Of a DNA stretch of 64,000 nucleotides, positions 1 to 15,550 are shown in pieces. The notes beneath the pieces are model-generated. The model saw only the letters and a list, made by a program, of their open reading frames with translations. It searched no databases and was not told the origin of the DNA. Source of the DNA: Tubiluchus corallicola (Eukaryota; Animalia; Priapulida). The stretch spans positions 1 to 64,000 of the forward strand of contig JAQGDQ010000214.1 in NCBI GenBank assembly GCA_030141605.1. The letters are read 5' to 3'. Position 1 is the stretch's first letter. Each line of letters begins with the position of its first letter. The position numbers were made by a program, and so were the translations under genes.

Positions 1-559
1 GTAGAAATACTTATATCACGCTATGATGATAGATTAAGCAACTGTGTCGCATAATCGTGGTTTGTGACGCACAACTGCTTGCGCTCAATAAAAGGCTTTC
101 TATTTTTTGACCAATCGCTGCTCGCAATGCAGTAACCAGTCATTTGCCAGAATGACGTTGTCACTTTTCTTCAGCAGTACTTAGCAAACTGTGAGAATGT
201 CTAGCAAAAACAACAACTGTGATTTGGCACTCATTAAATTAGTACTGGTTAGGAATAATTTGTGTAACTGTTTCGCTAAAGAATATAGAAATTGAACGTT
301 CTAGTTGGGTACTTGGGGTAAAAATGGATGATGAGCTTAGCTTTTCTTTTTTGTAAAAGCGTTTAATATTTTAGTACTTTCTGCAGCATCACGCATCAGC
401 AGCACAAATCACGCTGGCCTTTGCACCTCTGACTCTCTAAAGTCCATGCATTTTAGGCTGTTTTTTTGTTTTGTTTTACTGGATGTATATATTTCGACAC
501 ACTTCTGAGTAACACCTATGATGCAAATAAGAGAGGTTGCTGTCTAAATAAAAACTTGC

Positions 560-625
560 ACATCCAGTGGGTCTCGAACCTAGGCCTTTTGGTTTCCAGG
601 CAGCTATGCCAAACAATACACCTCA
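560..625 (-). mobile_element. tRNA-derived SINE head (degenerate)
   Basis: Minus strand reads GGTGTATTGTTTGGCATAGCTGCC...GGTTCGAGACCCACTG, with A-box-like and B-box (GGTTCGA) Pol III motifs; resembles the copy at 51361-51435. Confidence 0.4.
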
Positions 626-672
626 GAGGAATGGTGACTTCAGTCTTGGAAATTTGCACTATAAACTACTAG

Positions 673-889
673 ATGTATAACTGGTGATTCTTTCCAATTT
701 GATTTAAAAGGTGCACCACAACAAGATACTCCATCACCTCCTGCAACTAGGGGTTCGAAACGATTAAGGTCAAAGGCTGGTGGAACCCAGAATAAAAAAA
801 GGAGGGTCAACACTTCTGAACCGCCAGCTCTTGCTCCAATATCTGTTCCAGTAAAGACGCCACCTCCAGATGCAGATTGTGCTTTGAAG
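673..889 (+). other. Isolated putative coding exon, unknown product
   Basis: AG at 671-672 and GTAATG at 890 bracket an open frame CITGDSFQFDLKGAPQQDTPSPPATRGSKRLRSKAGGTQNKKRRVNTSEPPALAPISVPVKTPPPDADCALK (Pro/basic-rich, NLS-like); partner exons not identified. Confidence 0.3.
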
Positions 890-2499
890 GTAATGTTTTT
901 GAACTCTTTATAGTATTTTCCATTACTATTCACACAGACAGCAGCATCTTTTGATACAGTAGGTGCCGCTTAATAGATTCACTTTGGGATGGAAGTGTTT
1001 TGACTCAATTAACCGACATGTAATATTACTAGTGTAGAAGTATGAATCGTTAGCTTGGCGTGCACTGCAAAGGCTTTTAGACACGAAACAATGCCTAAAT
1101 TCCTATGCACGTATTTAAAAATATTAATTCATAAAGTGAATTAAAAAAAAGATATTAAAAAGGTTTCCTAAATCACATGTCTGTTTATTTACAGAAATTT
1201 GTTCTTGTTCATCTGTTTCATATTTGCAAAGAATTTGGTTCACAAAGTTCTCTTAATGATAAAAATGTTGAAAATTTGTTACTGTATGATGCACACATTC
1301 TTGTAAAATATTGCTTGTGGTGCTTGAACTGCAGTTGGTGGTGCCCATGTTTCCCCCCGCAAATGGCTTCATCTGTAGTTTTGTTTCTACAACCTTGCAA
1401 CACTTTATTGTACTGTACCTACGTCCCTGGCGTAACAGCAATAACTAACTGATTAAATATTCTATGATAGGCAGGGAGAGTTTCAAAAGCAAACCGATAG
1501 ACAAGTGATTAAATGTTTAGCTTCCAGAAATTCTTGGGTAACGAGGTTAATTGCAGTGGACAGACAGGTCAAAGCAAAACCGCTAGGCTAGCATATTAAC
1601 ATATGATAAACGTTCCTGCTTACAAACAAAACTGTACATAACATGATTGTTTCTGTGCATATTAGAGCACAAAAGCGAACTAAGATGACAAAAGTCATAA
1701 AGCTTATTGGTCACACAAAAATGCTTTATTAAAGCACGTGAAGCAGACATATTGAGTCAATTATGTGGACTTAGCTGAGTCTATTATCGAAAGTTTTTAT
1801 ATACATTTGAATGGAAGAGGCCTGTGCCAGGTGTTTTTGAGTCAATTAGGCGACTGATTCTGTTAACGTCTGATAAACAGCACCTACTGTATTTGTAATA
1901 TCTTGTTGAAGTATAGCAAGTTTTTTCGTTGTTATTTCGAACAATACTTTTGCGATATTCAAGAAAATGAGAAATGCATCTCGTGAATTTCATCTGTGAT
2001 TGCTTCAGGATGTTGCTGTTGGCCTTTTTGGGAAAAATCACATTTGACCCAACAGCTCTTAGTTTTTGAAGTGTCGATTCATTTTCTGCTTGGCTCTCGT
2101 GCAGCTAGTCAACACCGCTAGTCTTTCAGAAATAACTGTGACCGGAAAATGCATATTCTTCTATTCTGGTCACATATCTGGTGTGAAACTATCCTTCATA
2201 CTTAAAATTTTATTATAACTGGCGATACCCACTATAGAAAATGCGAAATTTTGCTTTACATCAACACTGTTGCTAAGCAATGTAAACTTGCAGATGACAT
2301 AATAGCAATAATTATCAGTTTTATGTGAGAGTTTTTTTTCACAGTACACATATGGAGTCAATGCATGGAAGAATTGGGTTAAACAAAAAAACTCGACCAT
2401 CGACACATCTCGTAAAGGTGCACATCGCGGGAAGCCATGCAAGATCGATTTACTACAAATGACTGCCGATGAGTTGAACTATTCTTTATGTTCATAGTG

Positions 2500-3847
2500 A
2501 GGACACAGAGAGAGACACAGAGAGACACAGAGAGACACAGAGAGACACAGAGAGACACAGAGAGACAGTGAGAGACACAGAGAGACAGTGAGAGACACAG
2601 AGAGACACAGAGAGACACAGAGAGACAGAGAGAGACACAGAGAGACAGAGAGAGACACAGAGAGACAGAGAGAGACACAGAGAGACACAGAGAGAGAGAG
2701 AGAGACACAGAGAGACAGAGAGAGACACAGAGAGACAGAGAGAGACACAGAGAGACACAGAGAGACAGAGAGAGACAGAGAGACACAGAGAGACAGAGAG
2801 AGACACAGAGAGACAAAGAGAGACACAGAGAGACAGAGAGAGACACAGAGAGACACAGAGAGACAAAGAGAGACACAGAGAGACAGAGAGAGACACAGAG
2901 AGACACAGAGAGACAGTAAGAGACACAGAGAGACAGAGAGACACAGAGAGACAGAGAGAGACACAGAGATACAGAGAGACAGACAAGAGACACAGAGAGA
3001 CTCAGAGAGACACAGAGAGACAGAGAGAGACAGAGAGACACAGAGAGACACAGAGAGAGACAGAGAGAGACACAGAGAGACAGAGAGAGACAGAGAGAGA
3101 CACAGAGAGACAGAGAGAGACACAGAGAGACAGAGAGAGACACAGAGAGAGACAGAGAGACAGAGAGAGAGAGAGAGACACAGAGAGAGAGACACAGAGA
3201 GACAGAGAGAGACACAGAGAGACAGAGAGAGACACAGAGAGACACAGAGAGACACAGAGAGACACAGAGAGACAGAGAGACACAGAGAGACAGAGAGAGA
3301 CAGAGAGAGACACAGAGAGACACAGAGAGACACAGAGAGACACAGAGAGAGACAGAGAGAGACACAGAGAGACAAAGAGAGACACAGAGAGACAGAGAGA
3401 GACACAGAGAGAGACACAGAGAGACAGAGAGAGAGAGAGACAGTGAGAGACAGAGAGAGACACAGAGAGACACAGAGAGACAGAGAGACAGAGACAGAGA
3501 GAGACACAGAGAGACAGTGAGAGACACAAAGAGACAGAGAGAGACAGAGAGAGACACAGAGAGACAGTGAGAGACACAGAGAGACAGAGAGAGACACGGA
3601 GAGACACAGAGAGACAGACAGAGACACAGAGAGACACAGAAAGACAGAGAGACAGACAGAGAGACAGACAGAGACAGAGAGAGAGATAGAGAGAGACACA
3701 GAGAGACAGAGAGAGAGACAGAAACAGAGAGAGAGAGACACACACACACAGAGACAGAGAGACAGACAGAGACAGAGAGAGAGACACAGAGAGACAGAGA
3801 GAGACACAGAGAGACACAGAGAGACAGACAGAGACACAGAGAGACAG
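2500..3847. repeat. Long GAGAGACACA/GAGAGACAGA (about 10-bp unit) simple satellite
   Basis: About 1.35 kb directly visible tandem array; source of the spurious SLCV/RETQ ORFs. Confidence 0.98.
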
Positions 3848-3849
3848 AA

Positions 3850-4471
3850 ACTGTAATTTATCGTTTCTTTTTGAAATTTTCATTTTTTTATTCAGAATTA
3901 TGAATAATTCGTACTAATTTTTTTCCGATTTAGGTCACATTCAAGATCGAATCTCGTCAATTTATGGACGAGCTGGCCAAAATTTTATTAATGATCTAAG
4001 TATGCCTGGTCAAGCTGTAAATAAACATATATTAATTATACTTCAAATACCCGCCCCAGTGGAGTTATGAGAATTGTAAAACAGGGTGTCATTCAGACTG
4101 TAGCAGACACGCATCCTTCATGAGCTCATGATACCTACTGAAAGAGAATCTCAATTCATCAAACTCAATGTGGCAATAGGGCAAGACCCCTACTATATAT
4201 ACCACAGAGCAACTAGTCCTGGATCATTCATTTACTGCCTGTAATGATGTGACAAATATAGGTCATTTTTTTACGTCAAAATGGCCAAAATCCGAAAAAA
4301 ATCAAAATGCCGGCCTATCTCCGAAACGGCTCATTTTTGATATCTAATATTTTGGCTGTGGGGTACATCTGAGGGGATCATCCAACCCTGTGAATATGAA
4401 CAAAATCGGTGATTTGTCACCTTCCACTATTTTTTGACTTTTGCATGGTTTTCTCGCGGAATGACTCTTAA
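3850..4471. mobile_element. Probable DNA-transposon terminus (Sola3-like end)
   Basis: Ends ...GGAATGACTC|TTAA (4467/4468-4471), i.e. TTAA+GAG on the minus strand; other end not found. Confidence 0.25.
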
Positions 4472-4706
4472 TATGAAGACACAATGAGCAAAGATTGTTT
4501 TTAAAACATTATTTGATCTTGTGACCTTGACACTGCTTGAACCGGAAGTAGTGGGTTTCCAGCTCTGCCTTAGACCTTATTCCAGGTATGGTCGTTACAG
4601 GTCATAAACACAGACAGACAGACAAGGATGATGAAACGCCGTCAGAATTGTTTTTGTGAGGAGTAAATAATCAAAATAAAAACTGCAGCACTATATCTAA
4701 AACGAA

Positions 4707-5460
4707 TGTAGGTAAAAATAGCACGGGTAACAATGGCACGGTAAAAACGACACAGGTAAAAATGGCCCAGGAAAAGTGGCACGATAAGAATGTCATAGGA
4801 AAAAAATGGCACGACAAAAATGGTTCAGGCAAAAATGGCATAAGAAAAAAATGGCACAAATAAAAAATATAAAGTACGAAAAAATGGCACATACATACGT
4901 TATTTTGATGCAAATAATTTCTATAATAAAACTAGAATGCAGTCACTAAGAAGTAACTCTCCGCCAAAACTAAACCATCCTAAACTTATTCGTCTGATTT
5001 TTTTCATTTAAAAAAGAGTGTAAAATAAAGACAAACAAGCAAACATATAAAAATATGCCTGTACTGATATTATAAAGCCTAACAAAAGGCACAACATTTT
5101 AATATAGAATTATAACGCACGAACATTCCACACAGTGCTCTACATTTCTTTACACATTTGGCGATGGCAATAGACTTACAAATATACAGGCTTACTAAGT
5201 CATTTTATTAAGCCTATATGCATGTATAAGCAAAAGTTGTAGATAACGTAACACAGCTTTTCAAGCGCGAATTCTCGAGAAGGAACTTTCAACTAACTCG
5301 TACTTGTGTTTCCTGGTGCCGATAATAAAAAATAATTACTCTGTCTTGTAGCCAAGTCCTCAGGCTCTTTCTAAAGACCCCTAACACACCATGTGAGACC
5401 TCCACGAAGTGCTTTACGAATGCTTTTGTACGTGGTGTTCGGTCAAGTTTTGTGAAATAA
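4707..5460 (-). mobile_element. Degenerate MULE-like transposon end with about 15-bp subterminal repeats
   Basis: Array of GGTAAAAATGGCAC-like units at 4707-4890; weak MULE C-terminal-like remnants (PRT...SH.V) on the minus strand at 5290-5450. Confidence 0.35.
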
Positions 5461-6119
5461 AATAGCGAGCGAAATTTGGCCCATTTAAGCAGTTTTCGTC
5501 CCACCGTCCAGGAATCTGCATCGAAATGCATGTTTCTTGCTCCCTATCCACCTTCTCTACAAAGTTTCTTGGAAATCTGTCTTGGTAGTTTTTGCATAAT
5601 TGGCTTATTGCTATAAGAGACAGAAAACAAACAAACAGTGTTGAAGCATAACTACTTTGGGAGAGGCAAAAATAACTAAAATAATTATCCTAACAGGAAT
5701 CCTAACCCTAAACTCGTTGTATTTTATGTGTGTCATTTTTGCCTGTGCACCATCTAGGAATCTAGAAGTATTTGCACATTCTGTGATTAGCTGCTGCAAT
5801 GTTCTTAAAATGAAATTTTTTCCAGCCGCGCTCGGTAAAATGTGCATATCGGTCGCCTTGCAACTTTGAGCTTCAACCACTTATGCAATATTACCGACCA
5901 CCCCATTGTAATTCTTCATCGATAATTTTGGTTTTCCAACTCGCTGGCGTTTTTATTTGTTAATTAAAATGCATTACTGAGACACACGACAATCAAAGAT
6001 AATCGATTACCCAAGTACATTTCGTGCTCTTTTGAAAGTGGATGGCTCCACCTGCTTTGCACAGCATCACATACAAAACAAAGGCAATGTCAATGTTATC
6101 ATTCACCGTGTATGAAACT

Positions 6120-6420
6120 GTGTAAGTAGCAAAACCTAGTAAGTAGGTAAGTAAGTAAGCAATTTATCGTCAATATAGCATAATACATACAATGAAATTT
6201 ATGTGGTTTTACGTACGGCAATACGTACACAAACAATTCAATCAGTTGTACAGTGACATGTAATTAATATTGAAGATTTACTGAAATTTATTGTTGATGG
6301 TGATTGAAAGTTCTTGGGGTTTCAGCGTTAATTGAGCGGAATCTACCACCAGAGGGAAGCATTTCAAGATATTTATTACCTGGATGAAATTTATCCAGTA
6401 TACCGGTAATAGGTCTGATA
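6120..6420 (-). mobile_element. 3' fragment of a non-LTR retrotransposon (Rex1/Babar-like)
   Basis: HPGNKYLEMLPSGGRFRS matches the C-terminal HP..LF.LLPSGRRYRS motif of this group, followed by a (CTTA)n tandem tail at 6122-6160. Confidence 0.6.
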
Positions 6421-9400
6421 GTAGAAGTAGGTTTAAAAATGCAAATGAAAAAATTGCAAAAGACGAAGCAGAAGAAACAAAAAATGAAGAAAATTGTCAA
6501 ATAAAAAAAGCAGAGATGGGAAGAAAGCGATTAAAAGAGCAGTAGAGAAAAAAGAAGGAAGCAAGTTAGGAAAATAACCAAAGCAACAGCAATTAAGATC
6601 CGTCAGCAAGACTACAAATGCTTTAAAAGAAGCCACCACACTGATGATGTTTAAAAGATTTCACACAACAATTAAAACCACAGCTGCCAGACACGTTTTA
6701 TGAACTCTCCGGCAATAAAAAAATAGTGAAAACAGCAATTTGATATGTATAATTATTGAGCTATAAAAATAGCATGGAAAGTATAGGTGTGGCTTTTTAA
6801 CTTGGCAAAACAACGCTGGCTTATTTTGGCAGTACAGTTAACTCTGCCCTACTTACAATCTAATCATTCATAACTACATCCATGCCTAATCAACATAAAA
6901 GCGGTGTAAAATTGCCGAAGCATTAGGAACTACAGTAGTACCAGTAAGCCCAGTCCCTTTAACTAAGAACAGGTTACCAAGGGTTTTTCAATATAGTTTC
7001 AATATTAAACTATATTATTATACTTAAATAATAATAATAATTTTATAACAGTTTTAAATGTAGTAAATAAACTTGAGAATGAATCGGTCAAATTTTTATG
7101 ACGCCCCGTGGCGGCAGCTAATATTATTACATCAGAATGTTTTAACTTTTGCAATTTAATTCCTCTTAAAATTTTAATCCAGCCAAGCCCTTATACACTT
7201 GTTTAATTGATAGAATGATAAATTTTTATCATATTATGTAACAGCGAAGTATAGATCAGTGGTCAGACCCTGAATGAAATCCAAATTGTTCAACTAGCTA
7301 GCTGTGGAGTTTCAACCATCAGCACTTTGAACTAGGTTTTCCAGGAACATTACGACAAGTCAATGGGAAGACGGGATTCTTCCCGGTTATTCTATACCCC
7401 GAGTCCATAACGTTCAAGCAACGTACTCAGGTTTGTTACCGGTCATGAAAACAATTTTCGAACCAAGAAGTTTATGTTAGACCCTCCATTTCAGTATTCG
7501 CTGACTTCAAATGCGAATTTGCCTTGGAAAATGACAACGTTCTTTATTAACATGAAAGTTCATCATTATCGCCTCACACTGGCTCTTATTCTAAAACTAT
7601 AAATTTATAACGCCAATATACAAGGTTCATATTACATACCGCTGTAAGTTTTTTGGAGTTCTCGCAGTAAGTATTTATGACTAGAAGTGTTAGAAGAATT
7701 GTAAATGACGTCCTCCACATATGAGGCAGCGACATCACACTACACGTACAACTTTTGCTTCTGAAACATTGAAGAAATTTCACGTTATGTATTATACAGT
7801 TATATATCTGTCTGCACATTGAAAAACCGGCTATAATGTTTACCTGAAGAAAGACAATATGCAATGATAAACTGATACCACACACAGTTCTTTGCTTCAT
7901 GCAAGCCACCTACTACTCGCGGTAAAGAGATGATAATAATTCAAAAAACAGGATTAAATCTCATTCTCTAATCCAGAGTAAAGTGCTCTCATTGAATTTA
8001 CAGCCAAGTATGAAAACACATCAGATATTAGACCGCTCTTCTGTCAAAAAAACTTGAACTGATCGAATTGCTTCTGTAGCAATGCCTCTGCGCTAAAACA
8101 AAAGTGCTGCGTTCGAATTCCAGCAGAGTTAGAGTTTTTTACCACTTGAAATCTTGCTCATAATTTATTATTTACCCAAAGTTATAAGTCGTTTTATGTA
8201 TTATCTGAATTATATGCAAGTCTTTATTAAAACGCATGTATTATCTTCTTCAAAAAGCTTTCAAGAGTTCTTTGGTAAAGGAATGCATCTCAAAAATTCT
8301 TAAATTTATTTAACTCTGCTGTACAATTTTCAAAAGCGCCACAATCAAAGCATAATTTACTTAGAATTTTGTAAATAACTACACGTACCAGGGAGTACAT
8401 TTCCAGGCACCTACAAGGAGTTGCCTCAAGGCACTTATTGACCTAAAGATTCTAGTGAATGATAAGTTGATTTGCGGTCACGTCGTATCTTACTGATACA
8501 TGTGTCTGAGATGAATCAGATGTTAGACGTGTGTAAGAGATGTTACGATTATAAATACTACACGCGGTACTGCCTAGAAGCCCATTAACTAAACACATAC
8601 TATATACTACGCTACTAAACAAGCTGTCATGTTCATACCGTATTTACACCAGGTCGTCACATGCGGTTACAAGAATTATTTTACAACGCAGCAGCTGTGA
8701 ACGCCTCAACCCCACTCTCCTGCCGAACCTAAACTTGTTACACCCTAATTAACGTATCGTTTTCAGTGAGAGGTTAATTATGTCGCTATTTTTGACGGGT
8801 GGCAGGCGCGATAACCACAGTAACCCAAAATGCTGGCATAGTTATCAGAGGCGCAGTTTCCTTAGGAATTTGCTTCAGATTAATTATAGTTTCTTATTAG
8901 AATTTGTCAGAACTAAAACTGAGTTGCTAATCGGCCAAACACTTTCTAGTCTAAACAAACAACATCACTGACTTCAAATTTGAACTATTTTTATTTACTC
9001 TCTACAGCCGCATACTTTTTATAGATTGAAAACAATAATATACACTCAAAGTCAAACCCTACAATCAGGAAATTCTTAATTTTTTAGAAATCGCAATTTC
9101 TTCGATTCTTCTTACTACTGCTAGTGTTAACAAAAACGTCAAATAAACGAACATGCACTTAAGAATGATGTTCGAAAACCAAATAAATATAAAAGTAATA
9201 CAAAAAGTTATAAATTTTGCCTACGTTAAATAACAAATGCTATTATAGTTACAGACGTATGCAACTCTTCTAATGTTACTGAAATGCTTACCAAAACATC
9301 GTAAGTAAAATATAGCTAAAATAATTATAAACGAATTAACAACAAACAATCAAGCAAGCACGCACGCAAAGAAAGAAACAAATAAAAAACTCACTGACAT

Positions 9401-12400
9401 CGGTATATCAATATACGCGAAGCAGTTGCAAAACGTGCAAAGCAAACGCGTTCACTCATTCAAATGATTGTCCGATTGGAAGTCAATTATAAAATCATCA
9501 AGTCATAATTGTAAAAACTCGAACTTGCAGAATATCCGTTTAAATACCAGACTGAACAGACCGTGGGAATTTAGCTCGGCACTGGATGTGCGCGAAAGCA
9601 ATGAATGACCATTCGATAATTAACTATTAATAAGCAGGCACCTCCAAAATCCACTCATTACGAAGCTCTGCACGCTTCTGTTCCATTACATTTAGCGGTA
9701 ATAACTATATGACTGCATAAAGAAGAAATGTTATGAAATCACGGCAACTTAGTCAAGATATTCGAGTAATGATTAAAAACGGAATCTCAGCTACCATAAA
9801 GAACCGGGTCTGTTTCGGCACGCATGGTGCTCTAGCAAGTTTCTGGGAATTTGATCGAATTTCGCTATCCTATAGGGCTAGCACTGCATGCGGTGTTGAA
9901 TTTATGCCATGGTCCACCTGGGTGTCCTGGGTTTTTTAAACGCATGGGTTACTGATGTAACCAAATAAGTGAAAACACACGTTGAAATGTTTCATTTTCT
10001 CAGGTCATTTCTCATGACTGTTAACAGCAGGGAGCTGGATAATGGACCAGACAGTCACTCTTATACATGCAATCCAGCTTTAAATGGAATTTAATTTCCT
10101 AGATTGCCCTGTGTCCCCTAGGTGGTGCTTTTTGCAGGGTTGTTCCGTCAAGGCCGGAAGCTTGGGGGCAAGAAAACTGTTATTAAGCTGGCAACATTGT
10201 ACTATAGCAAAATGAAAAACCAGCACAAAGATAAAAGAAAGCTAATTTCAAAATAGAAAATGATCAATGAGACAATGAGTAGAAAAAGATGAGAGAGTGA
10301 AAAACTGAAAAAACTTGAAATAGCAACAGATGTGTGGCACTTCGAATGCACGGAGAAACAACAATTCCAAAGTTGATTGCACAAGGAAATGTAACTTTAA
10401 TAAAAGCCAACAAATCTCAAATTTATTATTGTAGAACATTTGTAGATCCCGAACTATTTTCTTCGCCATTTACTTTTATGAAGGACAGTTTCCCAACAGT
10501 TTCTTAACTCACTGTCTGATCACGCTGATAGTTTCAACTTCGCTATTGTTCGCTTAAGATAGATGACAAGAAAAACAGCGTGTAAGACGTCAAACAAAAC
10601 GCCATTTTTATAGGTGGCGTCAATCAATCAAGGGCAGTATTACCGTGTACAGCAAAAAGTGCTCATGCACAAATCAAGTTCTCAGCATGGCACATGTCTG
10701 CGGACGCTCGAAAATCCGCCCGCAACAACAAACAGAATACCGATGTATTTTTCTTGGTCAGTAATTTACGGGTAAGAATACAAGTTGTACTCGTGCCAGG
10801 ATAGCAAATATTTATTGTGAGTAGGATTGCATGAAAAACAGAGGCGTTATTAGCGCAGAAATAGCATGACCTACACTTCGAAATTAAATCAAGCATCAAG
10901 GACTTGCCGCCTTTTCAGCTACAAAATCTGACGCATCGTTCTGGCATTTACTTCCAAGATACCTACCATAACGCCTCAAGATACAATAAATATGTAAAGT
11001 GCGTAAAAGTAGAGTAAAGCGCACTTCAAACAAACTTTACTTTCGTGTTTTTAGCAGGAACTCGTGATGGATCAGTGATTGTAAATGCACAAGCACGCAC
11101 GATGAACTGCGAACATCAGTAGTAAGTAAACATTGATTCTTAAATAAGTGAAATAAGTAAAATAGAAAAATATTTACATTTCTTAACATTAATACAGTCC
11201 AAATGGGTGTTCCAAATTAGACAGAACTGTTTCATAAGTGCTATAATGCTACGGAGCATGTTGAAATGTGCAGTAATAAGAAAAATTGCTGTGTGCATTC
11301 ATCCTCACTAGACAAAACAAATTGATCGAGGAAGCAAAATGGCAGCTGAAATCACCCATCCATTTTCAAATGAGTCCCGACACTGCTTAACGTCCACAAG
11401 CACACACCGTTACTTCTCATCGCCCACCAAAAACCCTAAACAAACTGCAAAAACATTATGTATTTATATATTGAAAATTTTAGTCAATCACTTCTTGCTA
11501 AAATACGTCGCAGCATGAGCAAGGATTTTCAAATTTGCACATGAACCAAGCTGCTTGCGTAAATCAGCCATTTGAAAGATACTCTGTTTTGGTGCAGCGT
11601 TCAAGTAGTAATCCGTTTACGTGAAATAATAACTTTACAGTGGTTACAGTGTGTGTTTTCGAAATTGAAGTTAAACATCACTGGTTTTGGTAAGCGAATG
11701 GATGGATGATCATCGGGGTTGAACAATCGCTCTGGCCATTTTGGCACACCAAAGCGTTTACCTCATTGAAAACGAATATATTCATAACCGATCTAACCTG
11801 AGACACTTTTGTTGATTCAGTGCCTCTATTCAGTGCCTATATTCGCGCCTATTCAGAAAATTATTCTTAACAATGAGCTAAATTCCAGTCGTGCCACAAT
11901 TAGCGTCAGTTTTAAGTATCTTCCATGGAGTGCTAGTTTCCTGCTTGCAATATGCGAAACTATATAAAAATTAAAATAAACACGTTTACATTATTTGTTG
12001 TTTTATAATAAAAACAAAAAATCAATGAATTGATATTTTGTTTGCAAGCAGCTAATGTATGTCTCTGTGTAATCCTATTGGATGAAATAGAAAATACGTA
12101 AAAACACGATGTACTTACAAAGATTCAGACTTCCGTGCTCGGTGCGTCACGCTCGATTGAACGTCGAGGAAGCACTAAGCTCCCACCGCCGCCGCCGCGC
12201 TTTTTTGAGTCAACAACATCCTGCTGAAGCCTTAGCTCTCTTACACAGCTGCTGGCTTAATCATGAACGACGGAAGTGCCGAGTTCGCGAAATGCCAATC
12301 CGGTAGCCTGTAAAGCGGAAGAGGTTTTTTTACACCTTGCTGATTCACAACAACACGAAAACTTACTAAAAGCAAAAGCCACCCTTTTCGGTAACAAAAA

Positions 12401-15323
12401 TGATGCCGCGAACTTGACAGTGCTTTTTGGCACCATGTAACGAAGTTGTAAAAGTTCTAGTTATTTTTTGTTTGCTCTGAAAGTATGGGAGTTTTTAAGC
12501 TACCAGACTGAAAGTTTTTTGCATCTAAATGAAGGTCATGAAAATCATACTATTAGTACTTGGTGATCTTCACTATAGTTCCTAGTTAGAGTACAATAAT
12601 AAATATGTTAGACGCCATATTGACTGACAGTCATAAATGTTAGTATTAATTTCTAGATTTATCTGTGCACAGTTTCGTATTACATAAGTACTTTCTAAAT
12701 TGCCTATAGATTGGCTAAAAATTAGTTATGAACACGTTAGAAATTGTTATAACAAGTGGAATAACCAGTCCCAACCATTTCAAGCGCCATACAGGTTTTT
12801 TTTGCCAAGGATCTACTTCCTGCCTACACTCTTATACTTCTAAGTGCATTTAGATAATTACGTAGTTGTAATAAGGCGATGACAGTAGTGATCCACTGGC
12901 TTTAGAGTTATTCATTATAATTATGCAACACAAGTTTACGTTGTACTATACATGGAATACTTCTTAACTAACTGGACGTAGAATTATATACAATAATTGT
13001 CCAATCAGTGTTTCCGACAAATAAGTGAATATGAAGTTGTTATCCAAAAACTGTCTCTTTTTCTTCCTATATCACTAATGCGATGAAAATCAATTAAATG
13101 TGTGACCGTTCACAGAAAACAAAAGAGCACAAATCTAAAATCGTATTATTGTTGCTTTCATTAATTTTTTTCGCAGAACTAAAATATCACTGTTTTTCCA
13201 AATATGGCAAAATGCCAGAAACAACGTATGGTGTAAAATACGTCCCGTAGAAAATCGATGCGTTTCAATGAACAGGCGAATTGCTAATGTGCTCTTGTCA
13301 AACACAAATATTCTTCAAAAATGTATGTACCGAATAATTCACCATACATGGCCTATTAATAATTCATAGCATTTAAAATCATTGCTATCTTCTTAATGCT
13401 GTATTTCATCACGAAAAATGCACAGGAAAAATTTTAAGCATTGGTCCAAGTTGAGTCGGAGTTTACAAAAAAACTGATTAGGCAAAATAGATCAAGTATA
13501 AGATCAAGATCAAAATAGATCAAAATAGATCAAGTATAATCGCATTTATCACACATAGTGCTACGACGAGGCTTTTTCTTCCTCATATGATTATAAACTA
13601 TGCCATATTACAGCAACAACTAACAAGACTGTCAACACAAGCAGATTAAACGATTCCTACTGACTGAGATGGAAAAAATAAAAACGATTTACGCTTACTT
13701 GAACAAAAACCGGTAATAATAATAACGCTCGGCAAAACTTTTCCTTACTGGACTTGGAATCATGGCTGTCATTTTATACATCGGTAATATTGGAAATTCC
13801 TTACTTTTTTGGAGGCACGATTTATGTCGCACGTAGATGACGATAGTGACACAGTCACGTTGCCATTTTTAGCCACACGATTCTCGGAATAAAAAAGAAT
13901 ATTGCTCTTAAAATATCACGCATTTTTACTAAAAATAAAAGTTAAGTCATAGCTAACACGAAAAAAATGAGTGCCCCTATAAATCGGAATATTTCTGATT
14001 TGAAATGCTTTCACCGTGCATAAAACGCTATCCTATCAGAATCGTAAAGTTTACAACAGACAATAATTCTTTTACCTAGAGCTACAGAAACTCATTTAGT
14101 GAATCACTCTGTAATTGTAATAACAATATTGACTATTAGATGCTATGTTAAACTGCTAAATCGTTACTGCAGTTCTATGCGCACGAATATATTATTGGTT
14201 GAATATTGTTTTTTTTAAATAAACGTAAACACGTTTCAGAACACGTTTTACCGCAGGCTTTCTGTGACGCTAGTAATTTGCGTCTGGATTTAAATGAACG
14301 CCCGAGCGACATCAGTTTCGTAAAGGCGAACAGACAAAAAATCAGTTTACTAGGTGAAGTGGCAGAGTGCTACTTAAGAACGTCAGTTTGCTAGAGAGAC
14401 CTTAAGAGGGTCTTCTCTTCTTACCAGCCGCTACCAATGCCAGATTAACGAAATCAAACGGATTAAACGCCCCGCATGTTCCTTATCAAGAGATTTAATT
14501 AAATAACTTTCTAGGAACTTCAGTGCAACGAAATATTTCATAAAACGAACAGGAGCTACTGGTCAAAACGCCAACAGCCTGACCCATCTCTTGCTTATTA
14601 TCAGGGAGCTTTGCCATTTGTTTACTACTTGTGTAATTTTATATACGTATAATGTATAATTTTGTAATGTAAAATATGCTTACAATAGTTATGCGCGTAA
14701 GTTATACTCATATATGCGTTTACTGTATTTTTTATATATATTTTAATTTAATTACTGTTTACCAAACTCACATCTTCAAAACTTTGCTTTTAATTAACTT
14801 AACCATGTAAGTTCTAAATACGAAAATAAGGCGAGCCTGGAAAGCTTTGCAAAAAATTACAAATTACGAATATGACTTGGTTTAATCCTACTAGTATCCC
14901 CTTGCGTTCAAATATAGTGTTTTTATAATTGAAGAAGTACTAAGCGAACAAGCAGTCCCTAGACCGGCGAAAAATTTCATTTTTGCATTGTGCCATGCTT
15001 ACCAATCCTACTCAGAGATAATCAATGGAATTAAATGACGTAACAGGTCTTAGAGTTAAGTACGGGCCACAATGTTAGTATGTACATCATAAATTAAATA
15101 GTGAAAATTCGTGGAGAGGGGGCAAGAATGCCAATGGATGGAGCTGGAGAGAACTCTGAGAACTCCCGTTCCTAAGGGGTTTTGAGGAGTCTTTTCTTAG
15201 AAATGAATTAAATTCCTTGAAATCATTAATTCTGCATTCTGAGCATTGCGGAGCTAACTTATTTTTCTAGTTCTCTAGACTTTGGTGTTTTTTTTACACA
15301 GCAAGAGAACTTTTTCAAAACAC

Positions 15324-15419
<96 letters not shown>

Positions 15420-15432
15420 ATATATATTTCAC

Positions 15433-15471
<39 letters not shown>

Positions 15472-15519
15472 CAAAATTAAAATGTTAATACAGTTTATTA
15501 TATGTGTGATATACGTATA

Positions 15520-15550
<31 letters not shown>
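15324..15550. repeat. (TATC)n and (TA)n microsatellites
   Basis: Directly visible. Confidence 0.97.

Noticed and set aside
640-933. Minus-strand 97-aa ORF
   Set aside because: Shadow of a more plausible + strand exon bounded by splice sites
2379-3883. Long ORFs (up to 456 aa) of SLCV/RETQ repeats
   Set aside because: Artefacts of a stop-free simple satellite
7000-15200. Scattered 60-107 aa ORFs
   Set aside because: No recognisable motifs or consistent exon structure; treated as non-coding
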